Below are positions 1 to 11,417 of a stretch of 64,000 bases of DNA, in pieces. The position numbers were made by a program, and so were the translations under genes. Source of the stretch: Balanoglossus misakiensis (lineage: Eukaryota > Animalia > Hemichordata); contig CM082585.2 of assembly GCA_040954595.2 (NCBI GenBank), positions 262,814 through 326,813 of the forward strand. Direction: 5' to 3'. How positions within the stretch are numbered: the stretch's first letter is position 1; every line of letters begins with the position of its first letter. The notes under the pieces were generated by a model. That model did not search any database and was not told where the DNA came from. It saw only the letters and a program-made list of their open reading frames with translations.

Positions 1-51
1 GTAAGACTGACCTAAAATCAATTAACACAGACAAGATTGAAAATACTGTAC

Positions 52-207
52 CTCATTTTCTGTACACAACACTTTCAAGGTTTCGTCCAACACTTCTGCA
101 GGGTCATACCCACCGCCAGCCATATCCCGTGGCATACACTTGAGGAAATGGCTTACTGCTGTTTCGTATTCTGCCAAACAATCCTCTTCACCAATCAAAG
201 ATATCAT
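52..207 (-). CDS. USP-like gene exon carrying a DxxE box-like motif
   Basis: tctag|ATG...AAT GAG|gtacag; 52 codons, phase 0 at both ends; YDPAEVLDETL. Confidence 0.65.
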
Positions 208-3200
208 CTAGATTTAAATGGGAATGATAGATGAAAAAGTGTTTTATGAAAATTCCTGATATTATATTTTTGGCTTAATAATGTTGACACTACCATATAC
301 TGATATCAAGTATATAACCCATCCTATGGCATAGAAGAAGGTAAATTGTTATATGCTGTGAGAGACAACTTTGCTCACTTCAGTAAAATTAGAAGTGAGA
401 AGCTATGACTGCACACAATAACTATTTTTTAAAGAATACAGTCATAAGCTTTAATCTTTTGTAATGGAGAGTATTTGTTAAGTTAATTTTGTAATTGTAA
501 TTATATGAAAAAAAGTATAATACATCAAAATACCTGTCAAAGGTGACATATTACCTTGAATGAATACAAACCAATTCACTGCATGTACTGACAGAAACAT
601 AACGTCAAGAATAATAACAAATAATGAATTATCATGAAAATTGCGAAAACAATTATAAAAAAATAGCGTCAAGGACACTGTGGTCCCATTTGAGGATTAT
701 GTGGAAACAGTGACACACCAGAATAAAAATTACAGGTGACATTGCAAGCAGATCTGCAAGCAGCGGGCCCAAGCCAACATAGCACATAGCAACATAGCAA
801 TAAGCATATCTGCTCTGGATGCCAAGATATGGAAAAGAAGGTCAAAGGTCACCTGAGGTTATGCAAAATTTAGGCAAGAAATTTTGACCCTATACTGGTC
901 CAGGTTCAACAAAAACCAAACCTATAGCGCTATTGGTTAGCCTGGAATTAGGTATGCACATAATTAATGTGATATGCAGGTGTCACAGGTGACAAATATA
1001 CTGGTCCATGTTCAACAAAAACCAAACCTATAGCCCTATTGGTTAGCCTGGAATTAGGTATGCACATAATTAATGAGATATGCAGGTGTCACAGGTGACC
1101 CCAAATTTTGGCTTTTCAATTTTAGTCCCAACCTTCCAAATGCCAAGTCTGTACCTTCTCTGGATGCCAAGATATGATAAAGTAGGTCAAAGGTCACCTG
1201 AGGTCATGCAAAATTTGGGCAATAAATTTTGACCTTATACTGGTCTATGTTCAACAAAAACCAAACCTATATCCCTATTGGTTAGCCTGGAATTAGGTAT
1301 GCACATAATTCATGAGATATGCAGGTGTCACAGGTGACCCCCAATTTTGGCTTTTCAATTTTAGTCCCAACCTTCCAAACGCCAAGTCTGTACCTTCTCT
1401 GGATGCCAAGATATGATAAAGTAGGTCAAAGGTCACCTGAGGTCATGCAAAATTTGGGCAATAAATTTTGACCTTATACTGGTCCATGTTCAACAAAAAC
1501 CAAACCTATAGCCCTATTGGTTAGCCTGGAATTAGGTATGCACATAATAAATGAGATATGCAGGTGTCACAGGTGACCAATATGTTGGCTTTTCAATTTT
1601 AGTCCCAACCCTCCAAACGCCAAGTCTGTACCTGCTCTGGATGCCGAGATATAGGAAAGTAGGTCAAAGGTCACCTGAGGTCACCCAAAATTTTGGCAAG
1701 AAATTTTGACCCTATACTGGTCCATGTCCCACAAGAACGAAACCTCTAGCCCTATTAGTTAGCCCGGAATTAGGTAAGTTCAGTTCAGTTCAGTTCATAA
1801 GGGACAAATATCTAAGATAATAAGGTCCCTCAAATCCTATCAGTTGCTTGAAAATAAATGTCAATATTGTTCTTGAAATTGTTTGTATCCTTTGACATAA
1901 TCACAAAGTCCGGTAAAGCGTTCCACTCGTTCACAACACGAACAGGAAATGAATATTTGCGAATGTCTAGTCTGGATGGCAGCTTTTGGAGCTTGTAGTC
2001 ATGACCTCTAGTTGTTGAGCACAAACTTCTCATCAAGGTAACTGAGCAGCGATCTACGTTATTCAAAATTTTAAAAACCTCTATCATATCACCTCTTACA
2101 CGGCGGGTTTCAAGGGTTGTAAGCCCTAATATATGCATTCTCTCAGGGTAACTTTTTCCACGGCACTCTGTTACTAGCTTAGTAACGCGACGCTGAACTT
2201 TTTCCAGGGCAGCAATATCTTTTTTGAGCCATGGAGCCCAGGCTTGGGACGCATATTCCAAATGGGGTCTGACAAATTGTTTGTAAAGGCGTACTATGAC
2301 GTCCTTGGTTCGAAGGGTAAAACTTCTTTTAATCATTCCAATGATCCTGGTCGCTTTCAGTACTGCTTCTGAACACTGTTTACTTGGTTTAAAACTTCTA
2401 TCAATGATGACACCAACATCCTTTTCCTCTTCTACTTCTGCAAGCATGGATTCGTTCATACAGTATTCATAACCTGGGTTGTTTGAACCAGCATGTAAGA
2501 CCTTGCATTTAGCTACATTAAACTGCATAAGCCAATTATCTGACCAGTCAGTAAGTTTGTTAAGATCTTCTTGCAATACCAGGTAGTCGTCTTCATTTTC
2601 AACTTTCCTGTACACTTTCGTGTCATCTGCGAATTTCTTAATATTGGAAGATATGTTGATGTCAATGTCATTAATAAAGATAAGGAACAATACAGGCCCA
2701 AGGACAGATCCCTGTGGCACTCCACTGGATACTGGTTCCCAGGATGAACTCCTTCCATGTATCACCACACGCTGTTTCCTATTGGCCAACCACTCAGCAA
2801 TCCAATCACTTATGTGGCCTACTATACCATGTGCCTGTAATTTCCTTATCAGCCTTTTATGTGCCACTTTGTCAAACGCCTTTGCAAAGTCCAGATAAAT
2901 AATATCAACTGGATGACCTTCATCTAGATACTCAGTTACGTCATCTAGGAACTCCAATAAATTAGTTAAACAGGACTTGCCAGAAGTGAAACCATGTTGT
3001 GATGGAAGTATCAATTGCTGTACATCTAGATGCTTCACTATACTGTCTCTTAGGCATGATTCCATTAGTTTGCAAACCACCGATGTCAAACTCACTGGTC
3101 TGTAATTACCAGGAGTACTCTTCTTTCCTTTTTTGAAAATCGGGCACACATTTGCTTGTTTCCAATCCTCAGGAACAATCGTTTCCTTTAGTGATCTATT

Positions 3201-6200
3201 AAACAAAACTGTCAATGGATATGCAAGTTGAGAACAGCATTCTACTAAAACTCTTGTTGTTACACCATCAGGACCTGGTGCCTTGGTTACTTTGAGAGTT
3301 TTGATTTTTGACTCAACAGTCTCCTGTGTTATACTAATAGTGCTCAGCTTATTGGCTCCATCACCTGCAAAGTTCACTGGATCCGCTAAATCTGAGCTGT
3401 CTTCAGTTGTGAATACTGATGAAAAGAATCTTTTCAATAGTTCTGCCATCTCTTTGTTGTCAATTGTCAATTCACCGTCTTCATTTACCAAAGGTCCAAC
3501 AGTCTCCTTCGTTTTCTGCCTTGACCTTACATATGAATAGAACAACTTTGGGTTATTTTTCACTTCATCACTCAGCGACCTCTCGTAATTCTGTTTAGCC
3601 TCTTTGACTTTTCTTGTCACTAAATTTCTACATTGTCTATACTCCATAAGGTCATTTAAATCTCTTGAATAACAGTACTTCTTCCACAACTTGTGTTTCT
3701 TCCTAATTGACCACAGAGTGTCTTTGTCTAACCATCTTGGTCTGTTTTTCCTCTGTTTCTTCTTCAGTGGTATATGTTTTGAAATGTTTTCCTGAATGGT
3801 GTCTCTTAAAAATTTCCAGCAGTCATTTAGTGGTACACTTGTATCAGCAACACGTTTATTCCAGTTTATTTGCTCAAATGCATTGTTCATCCCATCAAAA
3901 TCTGCATTCCTTACATCCGGAATAGTGTCATTATCACAGACTTCTCTCCTTTCCACTGTGATGTCGCATTCAATAATAACATGGTCACTACTGCCAAGAT
4001 GTCCAACCTGTCTGCAATCTTCCACCATATTGGCTTCTGATGTAAATACTAAGTCCAAAATATTCTGTCCTCTAGTAGTGAAATTTATATGCTGTGTTAA
4101 ACAACACTCCAAGATACAGTCCAAGAATAATCCACTGCTGCTACTTGCACTGAGCCTTCCCCACTCTATATCAGGGTAGTTAAAATCACCAACAATCACA
4201 CAGTGTTTGGTAGATACAAGTTTCAGGATTTGCAGAAGGTTCTCATTGTTCAGTTCACTACTGTTCGGGGATCTGTATACAACACCAAACAACAGGGGAG
4301 TCGACGAGGACTGTAGTTTCAGCAGACACCATTTCGAATTCGTAAAAACTATATTTGTGGGAACTTCAAATTCACTAGCATCGATACCATCTTTAATATA
4401 TATCAATACTCCACCACCACGACCTCCATGTGTATCTTCTCTGTCCTGTCTAAACATGGTTGAATAGCCTTCAATGCTCAGCTCTGAATTCTTAATGTCT
4501 CTATGCGTCCATGTCTCTGTAATTGCAATGACATCATACTTATTATCCAGTACTACTGCTTCAAGCTCTTCTCTCTTGTTCATCACACTCTGTGCATTGG
4601 TGTAGAGACATCGAAGATTAGCATTCATATTTACATATACATCTCTATCTGGCTTCCTCTTATCACTAGTTTTATTTACATTATGTACAGTCTTACTTGT
4701 TTTCAGTTTAGAATTAGAGTTTGTCATGTTATTTACACAATGAGCACCTCTTCTCAGTTTTTTGTATTCTCATTTTCTAATACTTGAGCTTCGGCATTGC
4801 TAACTTCAACAATTTTGCCTCTTCTTATTCTCAAGTTCTTCTCTCCAGCCTTTCTTCTTTCCTTTAGTTCCAACCTCAGTTGTCTGTCCTTCTCTTGCTC
4901 TTGTTTTGTTAAATCTGGAGTAATATAAATTGACTGGTATTCTTCAATTCCACTTTCTCTGAGTTTAGGAGCCACCTGTAACACCTTCTGTCTAATGTCT
5001 GGAGATGAAAGCCTTACTCTGATTGGTCTGTTATAGCTCTCTCCCCTCTGTATTCCGAGTCTTTGCACATTAATGCTACCTAAGTCACATGCTGGCTCAA
5101 TATCTTCAAAAATACTTTCCACCAAGCATTTATCATCTCTGCCTATCACTTCTTTACAATTGCGAATTATCACATTACATCTTCTTTTTTCTTTGTCAAA
5201 CTCATCAGATATACGTTTAGAGATATCGTCTTGCAGTTCATCAACATTCGACTGGAATTGGACAACACTCGTTTCTAGTTTGGTCACAGAACTTTTCAGA
5301 CCAGTCAAGTCACACTGCATCTCTGCCTGCTTTTGTTCTATAACAGTTATTTTCGACATCAACTTTACCGCACAAGAGTTGCACTTCCTGCAATACCAAT
5401 GTATCGGACTGTCATCTTCCTTGTATTTTCATTCAGAAATTCGTACACACCCCTCGACACATTTTCACAGGAGGTGTGGTGCCAAAAGTTACACATACCG
5501 CAAAGAAGGGCTGCCGTGTCTTCCTTTATCGCCTTTCTACACGTCCCACATTCATTACCATGATGAATTCCCTCCTCTGACCTAGCTTTAGCACTTCCAC
5601 GTCGTGTAACCACCTTGGCCGCCATCTTGAATCACGTCTTCCTACGAACTCTCAGTGTCGCTGGAACTTCCTTCAATTTTCCAAGCCAATCGTGTTCATA
5701 CCCGCTCAAAAAACCTCCAAAGTTAATCTTGAACACTTCATGAACCGAACCTTGTAGGTTATTTTCGTCCACAAGAAAAATACAACGCTTGTTGAAATAG
5801 AGATTTTCAAGCAACTTTCAACATGTACGCTCAGCGAAGAGCGCCCTCACATCATGGGTGATGGTAAGGTAAGCACATAATTAATATGTTAAGCAGGTGT
5901 TACAGGTGAGCCCAAAATTTTGCCTTTTATTTTGGCCCCATTGTGCTCACTGACCAATAGACAGTCACATTACAGGACTATTGCACAGACCAGAATTCCA
6001 CAATAAGACGTGGACATAGCTTAACCATAGAGATATAAGTAAAGGTATAAATTTAATAAAAAGACTAAAAAATTCATAAAAAATAAAACATCCATTATAT
6101 TAACTTAACACTTACAGGTCGATGTGAAGTTGACATATGGTACATGCATACCAATTTTTAAAGCAATCTGACAAGTAGTTGTTGACTTTCAGAGTTTTGA

Positions 6201-8760
6201 TAAATTTCACATTTTTCCAGCTATTTTGCATATTTTTGGGCCTGGCAACTTCGTTTGGACAAACTCCCATCTACAGCCCAGCCTGCACCTACACACCAAA
6301 TATTGAGGTGATACGCGCAGCGGTTTTCAAGTTTTTGATGTGGACGGACATACAGACATACATCCATACATCCATCCATCCATCCATCCATACATACATA
6401 CAGACGCAACCGATCCCATAAGGTCCCATGGTATATATGCCTATACCAATGGGACCTAATCATATGACTCAGTAGGTCATCGTAATGCCCATTTAGTCTG
6501 CAATACCTAAAGACAATTTGCATAACTTGAAATGAAAAGTTTGACATACCTCAATGACAGCTTCAATACATGGACCACCAGAAACCACCTCAGATAAACA
6601 TTCCATAATTGGTTTTATGCATGCAAGAAGGTGTATCACCGCATTGACTGCACAGTAATTGCCAGGGTTTGGTAGACCTGTTGTGAGAAACACACTGCAT
6701 ATAGTGGAAGCTAGTAATTTGTTTCAATTATCAACAAGGCAATATCCCCGTCACCATCCTTTTAAAGTTTCTTGTTTTCTTGGAAAGAAGGGCACAGACA
6801 TTTCTAACAAGCCAAGAGTGCATGATTGAAATTACATGTAATGGCAGAATGGCTAAAGGTCAGAAGTTGAGGGGTCATAATCTGGTAAGTATTAAGGATT
6901 TGATCACACTGAGATCAACTGATTTATGCTGGAACATAAGAAATTAGGGGATCTCAGAGTGCTATCAAACCTTAGGTTTTATTTTATTGAAGATCAGCAC
7001 AGCTAAACTACTATTTGGATTCTAGTACATAATGGACATTTGAACAATATATGCATGTGCACCAACTGATCTTATCTTGCAAATTCAAGTAAATTTTACT
7101 GAGGGCAAGAACGTCATTTTTTTATATTCAAAAGTCATGACTCAATCTACATCAGACTACATCTCCCTTGATCATGCATGTTTACTTTTTCTGACAAGGA
7201 TGAATGTGTCTTTGCTGAATAAGTACTTAGGTTCACATTACCGTAATCTACAAGCTGCTCTGCACCATCAGTACAAATCATGTCTCTCAGTGTGCACTCC
7301 TACAAATAAGAAAATCATGGCATTAATTGTCTTTATGTGACTTTTGTCAATGTCACTTGTATGTTAACACAATTCGACCAAAGGGGTTCACCTGTTGACA
7401 TGTTAGCACCCCCTAGGAATTTGTCAGGGGGGGGGGGGCAGGACAATATTCAAAGAAATAGTTTCCATATTTTCATTTTTATCTTTCATAAATTTTGAAT
7501 TGAAGCAGCTGTATTAAAAAATTGTGATGCGTACAGTTGATCAAACATAAACATACTCACTCACTCACTCACAAGCACGTCATCAGCCTGAGCACAGCTC
7601 TCTTATTGAAACTAAACAACATGAGAAGACTTATTGAGCAGGATACTTACATTCTTTGGATTTCCTTTATGTCTCTTGGCAGTACTTTCCATTTGGTGGT
7701 GTTGTCTACCAATTGGACTCTGTCCAGTGGTTGATTGAGGTCCATTGCATAGGGTGTCATGAGTTGTACTTGTTAATCCCATTGGTTCACTTGATGGAGA
7801 TGGCCTGTCTTCACTCGCCTGATTGGATACACTGTCTGGGAAACTTAAAGGCACTAGCTGCATTGTTGTATCATCATGTATTGTACTTGTTAATCTTATT
7901 GATTCACTTGTTGGAGATGGCACAGTGTCTTCAATGGCCCGATTAGATGTGAAACTTAAAGGCTGTATAGTTGTATCATTTTCTGTTTGAAGAGGTTGGA
8001 CAACGGTAGTGCATGCATATCTTTCATCATCATGGCTTTGCAAAGTAGTAGTATTTCCTTCAATCTCAGTGGTGACTTCATCAAGTACCATGGATGGGGA
8101 CTGGAGGGACGCGTCTGCAGTCACTGTACTGTTATATGTATCTACAACATTTGAACACCTCTGATAATGCTGAATGCTGGCAGTTTCCTGGGTGTGGTCA
8201 TGTTCTGAATCAAGCATGACATAGATGGTTTTATTCAAACTCCTTGTATCCCATACTGCTTTTGCCGTATATTTGAATGAGCGGGAAACGATTCGTAACT
8301 GGACTGAACCCTTGCGTGGAACATCCACAAACTTGAATTTTCCCATATAGTTTGGATATGCAAGGCTTATCATGTTCTGTATTTCTCGCTCCACCTGTAT
8401 ATCATTCCATTTACTTTCTAAGCAAATGTCACCTTTGAAAAGCCAGTCTCCATCACAGTTATGTACAGTTCCTGTTGTGTCAATCATGACTGCTTCGTCA
8501 TATTTTAGGACACACAGTTTCATATGGTACATTCTTGATTTGGGTAAATATACAGCTGTGGATCGAGGAAATACAGCAGTTTTTCTTGATGTGTCCCTAG
8601 GATTTTGTGCGCGGCTGGTGTTATGTGGTGTGTTCTGTAATTGTTGTACTTGAGCTGGCTGCCTTCTTCCCCTAAATAAATTGTTTACGGCTGTTCTTAC
8701 TTCAAGTGTGTCCATTGAGTCCAATGTTCTTTGTATTTCTGACCTTTGTGTATTATCCAT
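52..8760 (-). CDS. Spliced gene for a divergent USP/peptidase C19-like deubiquitinase with a long N-terminal extension; 3' end lies outside the window
   Basis: Exons 8760-7651, 7299-7242, 6677-6550 and 207-52 have GT-AG boundaries and join in frame (phases 0,1,0) without stops. The product reads ...KN|ECTLRDMICTDGAEQLVDYG|LPNPGNYCAVNAVIHLLACIKPIMECL...IE|MISLIGEED...GGYDPAEVLDETLKVL. This resembles the USP Cys box (GLxNxGNTCYMNSVLQxL) and the QQDAxEFL box. Confidence 0.72.
810..1778. repeat. Tandem repeat, ~239-bp unit, about 4 copies (continues at 5867-5940 after the CR1)
   Basis: aggtcaaaggtca recurs at 839, 1184, 1423 and 1661; the first interval includes a partial ~106-bp duplication. 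Confidence 0.9.
1830..4727 (-). CDS. CR1 ORF2: AP endonuclease and reverse transcriptase, intact, 965 aa
   Basis: Motifs YTNAQS, ITETW, GDFN, SDH, NYRPVSLTS, YLDFAKAFD, GVPQGSVLGP, FADD; CR1-type C-terminus VRPHLEY...RGDMIEVFK...TRGH. Confidence 0.97.
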   Translation of the reverse strand: MTNSNSKLKTSKTVHNVNKTSDKRKPDRDVYVNMNANLRCLYTNAQSVMNKREELEAVVLDNKYDVIAITETWTHRDIKNSELSIEGYSTMFRQDREDTHGGRGGGVLIYIKDGIDASEFEVPTNIVFTNSKWCLLKLQSSSTPLLFGVVYRSPNSSELNNENLLQILKLVSTKHCVIVGDFNYPDIEWGRLSASSSSGLFLDCILECCLTQHINFTTRGQNILDLVFTSEANMVEDCRQVGHLGSSDHVIIECDITVERREVCDNDTIPDVRNADFDGMNNAFEQINWNKRVADTSVPLNDCWKFLRDTIQENISKHIPLKKKQRKNRPRWLDKDTLWSIRKKHKLWKKYCYSRDLNDLMEYRQCRNLVTRKVKEAKQNYERSLSDEVKNNPKLFYSYVRSRQKTKETVGPLVNEDGELTIDNKEMAELLKRFFSSVFTTEDSSDLADPVNFAGDGANKLSTISITQETVESKIKTLKVTKAPGPDGVTTRVLVECCSQLAYPLTVLFNRSLKETIVPEDWKQANVCPIFKKGKKSTPGNYRPVSLTSVVCKLMESCLRDSIVKHLDVQQLILPSQHGFTSGKSCLTNLLEFLDDVTEYLDEGHPVDIIYLDFAKAFDKVAHKRLIRKLQAHGIVGHISDWIAEWLANRKQRVVIHGRSSSWEPVSSGVPQGSVLGPVLFLIFINDIDINISSNIKKFADDTKVYRKVENEDDYLVLQEDLNKLTDWSDNWLMQFNVAKCKVLHAGSNNPGYEYCMNESMLAEVEEEKDVGVIIDRSFKPSKQCSEAVLKATRIIGMIKRSFTLRTKDVIVRLYKQFVRPHLEYASQAWAPWLKKDIAALEKVQRRVTKLVTECRGKSYPERMHILGLTTLETRRVRGDMIEVFKILNNVDRCSVTLMRSLCSTTRGHDYKLQKLPSRLDIRKYSFPVRVVNEWNALPDFVIMSKDTNNFKNNIDIYFQATDRI
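4754..5625 (-). pseudogene. CR1 ORF1 (PHD finger, coiled coil, RRM-like), split by one frameshift
   Basis: CGTC...CGMC..WHH..C continues as IHWYCRKC in the frame of ORF 4754-5362; one extra base in the A-run at ~5426-5429. RRCNVIIRN, RPIRVRL and IYITPDLT follow. Confidence 0.85.
6550..6677 (-). CDS. USP Cys-box exon
   Basis: acaacag|GT CTA CCA AAC CCT GGC AAT TAC TGT...ATT GAG|gtatgt, giving (G)LPNPGNYCAVNAVIHLL. Confidence 0.75.
7651..8760 (-). CDS. Large first coding exon (370 codons) of the USP-like gene: globular N-terminal domain plus Ser/Thr-rich linker
   Basis: Open ORF 7612-8760; donor gtaagt directly after 7651. Contains an internal ~38-aa duplication (PLSFTSNRAIEDTVPSPTSESIRLTSTIHD / PLSFPDSVSNQASEDRPSPSSEPMGLTSTTHD). 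Confidence 0.7.
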
Positions 8761-8986
8761 TCTGATGACTTTTGGAAAGAAGATATGAAAAATGTATGAA
8801 ACATTATTTCACAAAGACCATAATGAGGAATAACTGTATGTTAAAATGTAACACATGAAAATATGCCATGCATCTCTATGTGAAATACTACATACAATTC
8901 AAGAATGTAAGTTAATTGTCTTGGTAAACTATCATCAACCGCTGGCGGTTGGCAGCAAGCCGCAAAGCAACACATTGCCCTGTTAC

Positions 8987-9212
8987 CACAGGGGACTCTC
9001 CCTCCGCAATTTTGTCTGTTTGTTTGTTGTTGTTGTTGTTGATGATGATGATGATGGTGATTTTTGGCATAATAAACAAATACATATTTCTTTATTAATA
9101 AATATGGTTTGTTGACATGTAAGTGTTAGGGTATTATCATCATCAACAACAACAACAACAACAACAAACAAACAAACAAACAAACAAAATCGCGGAGGGA
9201 GAGTCCCCTGTG
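8987..9212. mobile_element. 226-bp foldback MITE, P-element-like
   Basis: TIR cacaggggactctccctccgc / gcggagggagagtcccctgtg, extended by mirrored (TTTG)n, (GTT)n and (GAT)n tracts. 7-bp direct repeat ctgttac at 8980-8986 and 9213-9219. CANRG ends with a 7-8 bp TSD fit the P superfamily. Confidence 0.75.
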
Positions 9213-10049
9213 CTGTTACATCACTCCAGCGGCGGGAATTTAGCTACCAGGGCTGTGTGTTGTTAACGGCTACGCCTCCAATCACAGCCCTGCTAAGCTA
9301 CATAGCCAAACCTGGCGAAACTCAACGGATTTGTTGCGGTATGGTTTCCTTACCAAAAACGGCCGATTCCGAACTCAAAACGTGCGTCGATCTTCGTCAC
9401 ACAGCCCTGTCATGCAGAGCTAACTATATGCGAAACGATGCGAAAAGACACAACTGAACTTTTATACTTCGGAAATAGTAGAATAAGAAAGTTCACTCGA
9501 TAACATGATTTTTTAAACATGATGCAATCCATGCAAAATAACGACTTGTCATGCACTGCAGCTAGCCACGGTTAAAATAAACTTAAATATAACATACAGA
9601 TGATACACACCTTTTGTGGATGTCGATTGATAACGATGATGCCCAAAAGATGCTTCGGAGTTCAGTCCCACGTATCTCGACGCCTAGCAGTTGTTTGTGC
9701 GTTTCCCCTTTCTTTTCTCTTCTTCAATTCAACTTTTTTTCAGACTCCGTTTTTTTTTTTCAAATATTACCCAGACTCCTCTACCGAAATCTCTCACTTT
9801 TTTTTTTCAGCCAGGATTGTTCACTTTTATTTTTTTTGCGCATGCGCATTTATTCCCCAGGATTTCTCACTCATTTTTTTTTTCGGCGCATGCGCATACG
9901 CTATTCTTTCAAATGCGTCCGTTTTTTTTTTTCAAGTTGTTAAAGACTATTATTTATTTTTACAACTGAATGCTCGTTTTTTTAAACACGCTTGTTTTAT
10001 TTTTTGGATGACAAATATACCATTTTTTACAACTTGGATCTGCCTGAAT

Positions 10050-10620
10050 ATTTTGGGAGACAAATGTGCCTATATATTTTTTTTTTCAAATTTTATATCG
10101 TGTTTTTTTTTTTCAAATTGCCTGTTTTTTGGGTGACAAATGTTCCTATTATTTTTTTTTTTTGCAAATTGCTCTGCGTTTTTTTTTTCAAATTGCATGT
10201 TGTTTGGGGTGACAAATGTTCCTATATTTTTTTTTTTTTGCTAATTGCTCTGCGTTTTTTTTTTCAAATTGCCTGTTTTTTTTTTTTGGGTGACAAATGT
10301 TCCTATATTTTTTTTTTGCAAATTGCTCAGCGTTTTTTTTTTTTTTTTAAATTGCTTGTTTTTTTTTTGGGTGACAAATGTTCCTATATTTTTTTTGCAA
10401 ATTGCTCTGCGTTTTTTTTTTCAAATTGCCTGGTTTTTTTGGGTGACAAATGTTCCTATATTTTTTTTTTGGCAAATTGCTCTGCGTTTTTTTTTCAAAT
10501 TGCATGTTTTTTGGGGGGTGACAAATGTTCCTTTTTTTTTTTTTTTTTTTTTGCAAATTGCTGTGTGTTTTTTTTTTCAAATTGCCTGTTTTTTTTTTCG
10601 GGGGATTAAAAATGTGCTTA
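10050..10620. repeat. T-rich minisatellite, ~75-80-bp unit, with decayed copies to ~10980
   Basis: Unit gggtgacaaatgttcctata(T)n-gcaaattgctctgcg(T)n-caaattgcctg(T)n repeated about 6-7 times; it produces the spurious poly-Phe ORFs. Confidence 0.85.
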
Positions 10621-11417
10621 TTTTTGCAACCTCAGTGCATCTGCGTTTTTTAAAGTGGCCCGTTAGTTTTGGGGTGACATGAGTGCGGGGTTTTTTTTCG
10701 GTGACAAATATCTCCGTTTTTTATGGCTAACATGTTCGTGTTTTTTCTATGTTTGCCTGTGTTGTTTGTTCTGGGGGTGTGCATTTTTAAAAGTTGTAGT
10801 CTCTCTTTTTTTTCAAAGAGTGTTCTTTTTAATACTTTGTGTGTATTTTTTGTGGGGGTGAAGTGTGCGTTTTTCGTGAAAAATGTGCGCGTGTTTTTTT
10901 TTGTGACAAATTAGTGATTTTTTTTTTTGCAACTGCCTTGTGGACGTTTTTTTGGTAAGCTTGGTGGGTTTTTTTTGACAACAGGTGAGATTTTCTTCTG
11001 TGTGTGTTAGTTTTTTTTGTTGTTGTTGTTGTTTTTTTTACTCCACGATGGATTACTTTTTACACTCGTTTTTTAAACCACCAATCAGTTTTTTCTGTTT
11101 TTACGTATTTTTTTGTTAAAAGACATCAATTTTCTATAAAATAATGCTAAATAATTTTGAAACACTTGGCGCACCGTAGGGCGGCACATGCGAAAAAAAG
11201 AGCGCCGCCATATGTTATTTAGAACCCGCAAATAATCTATTTCAGCCATATATGGGTGTATGTAAATTTGCGGTGACTGTATATCTTTAACTTGAAAATG
11301 GTAGCTTCTATCACAGTGATAGTTGATGTGTAGATGTGATGTGGTGGTAGAATGTGAACTTGTTGACATGAAATTGTGAATCAAAATGGAGACCTAAAAC
11401 ATGGGGAAATACATTAA

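Larger units (their letters stand above)
1779..5866 (-). mobile_element. Full-length CR1-clade LINE
   Basis: PHD-containing ORF1 and APE-RT ORF2. Short 3' UTR with a gggac...gtccc stem-loop (1801-1829) and a (ACTGA)n tail (1779-1797). Apparent TSD aggtaag at 1772-1778 and 5867-5873; the host repeat core resumes exactly after it. Confidence 0.93.
754..6460. mobile_element. Non-autonomous Helentron-associated (HINE/pearl/DINE-like) element with internal tandem cores, interrupted by a CR1
   Basis: Starts ctgcaagcagc (same start at ~15513). Tandem ~239-bp cores, a (CATA/CATC)n microsatellite at ~6343-6405 and a terminal hairpin aggtcccat-ggtata...tatacc-a-atgggacct at 6421-6457. This layout matches known invertebrate HINEs. 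Confidence 0.6.

Noticed and set aside
2513-5585. Plus-strand and alternate-frame ORFs over the CR1 (likewise over the RTE-X, BEL and third LINE)
   Set aside because: Antisense shadows of real retroelement ORFs with no independent motifs.
9600-10914. Overlapping Phe-rich ORFs up to 205 aa
   Set aside because: Artefacts of poly-T minisatellite sequence.
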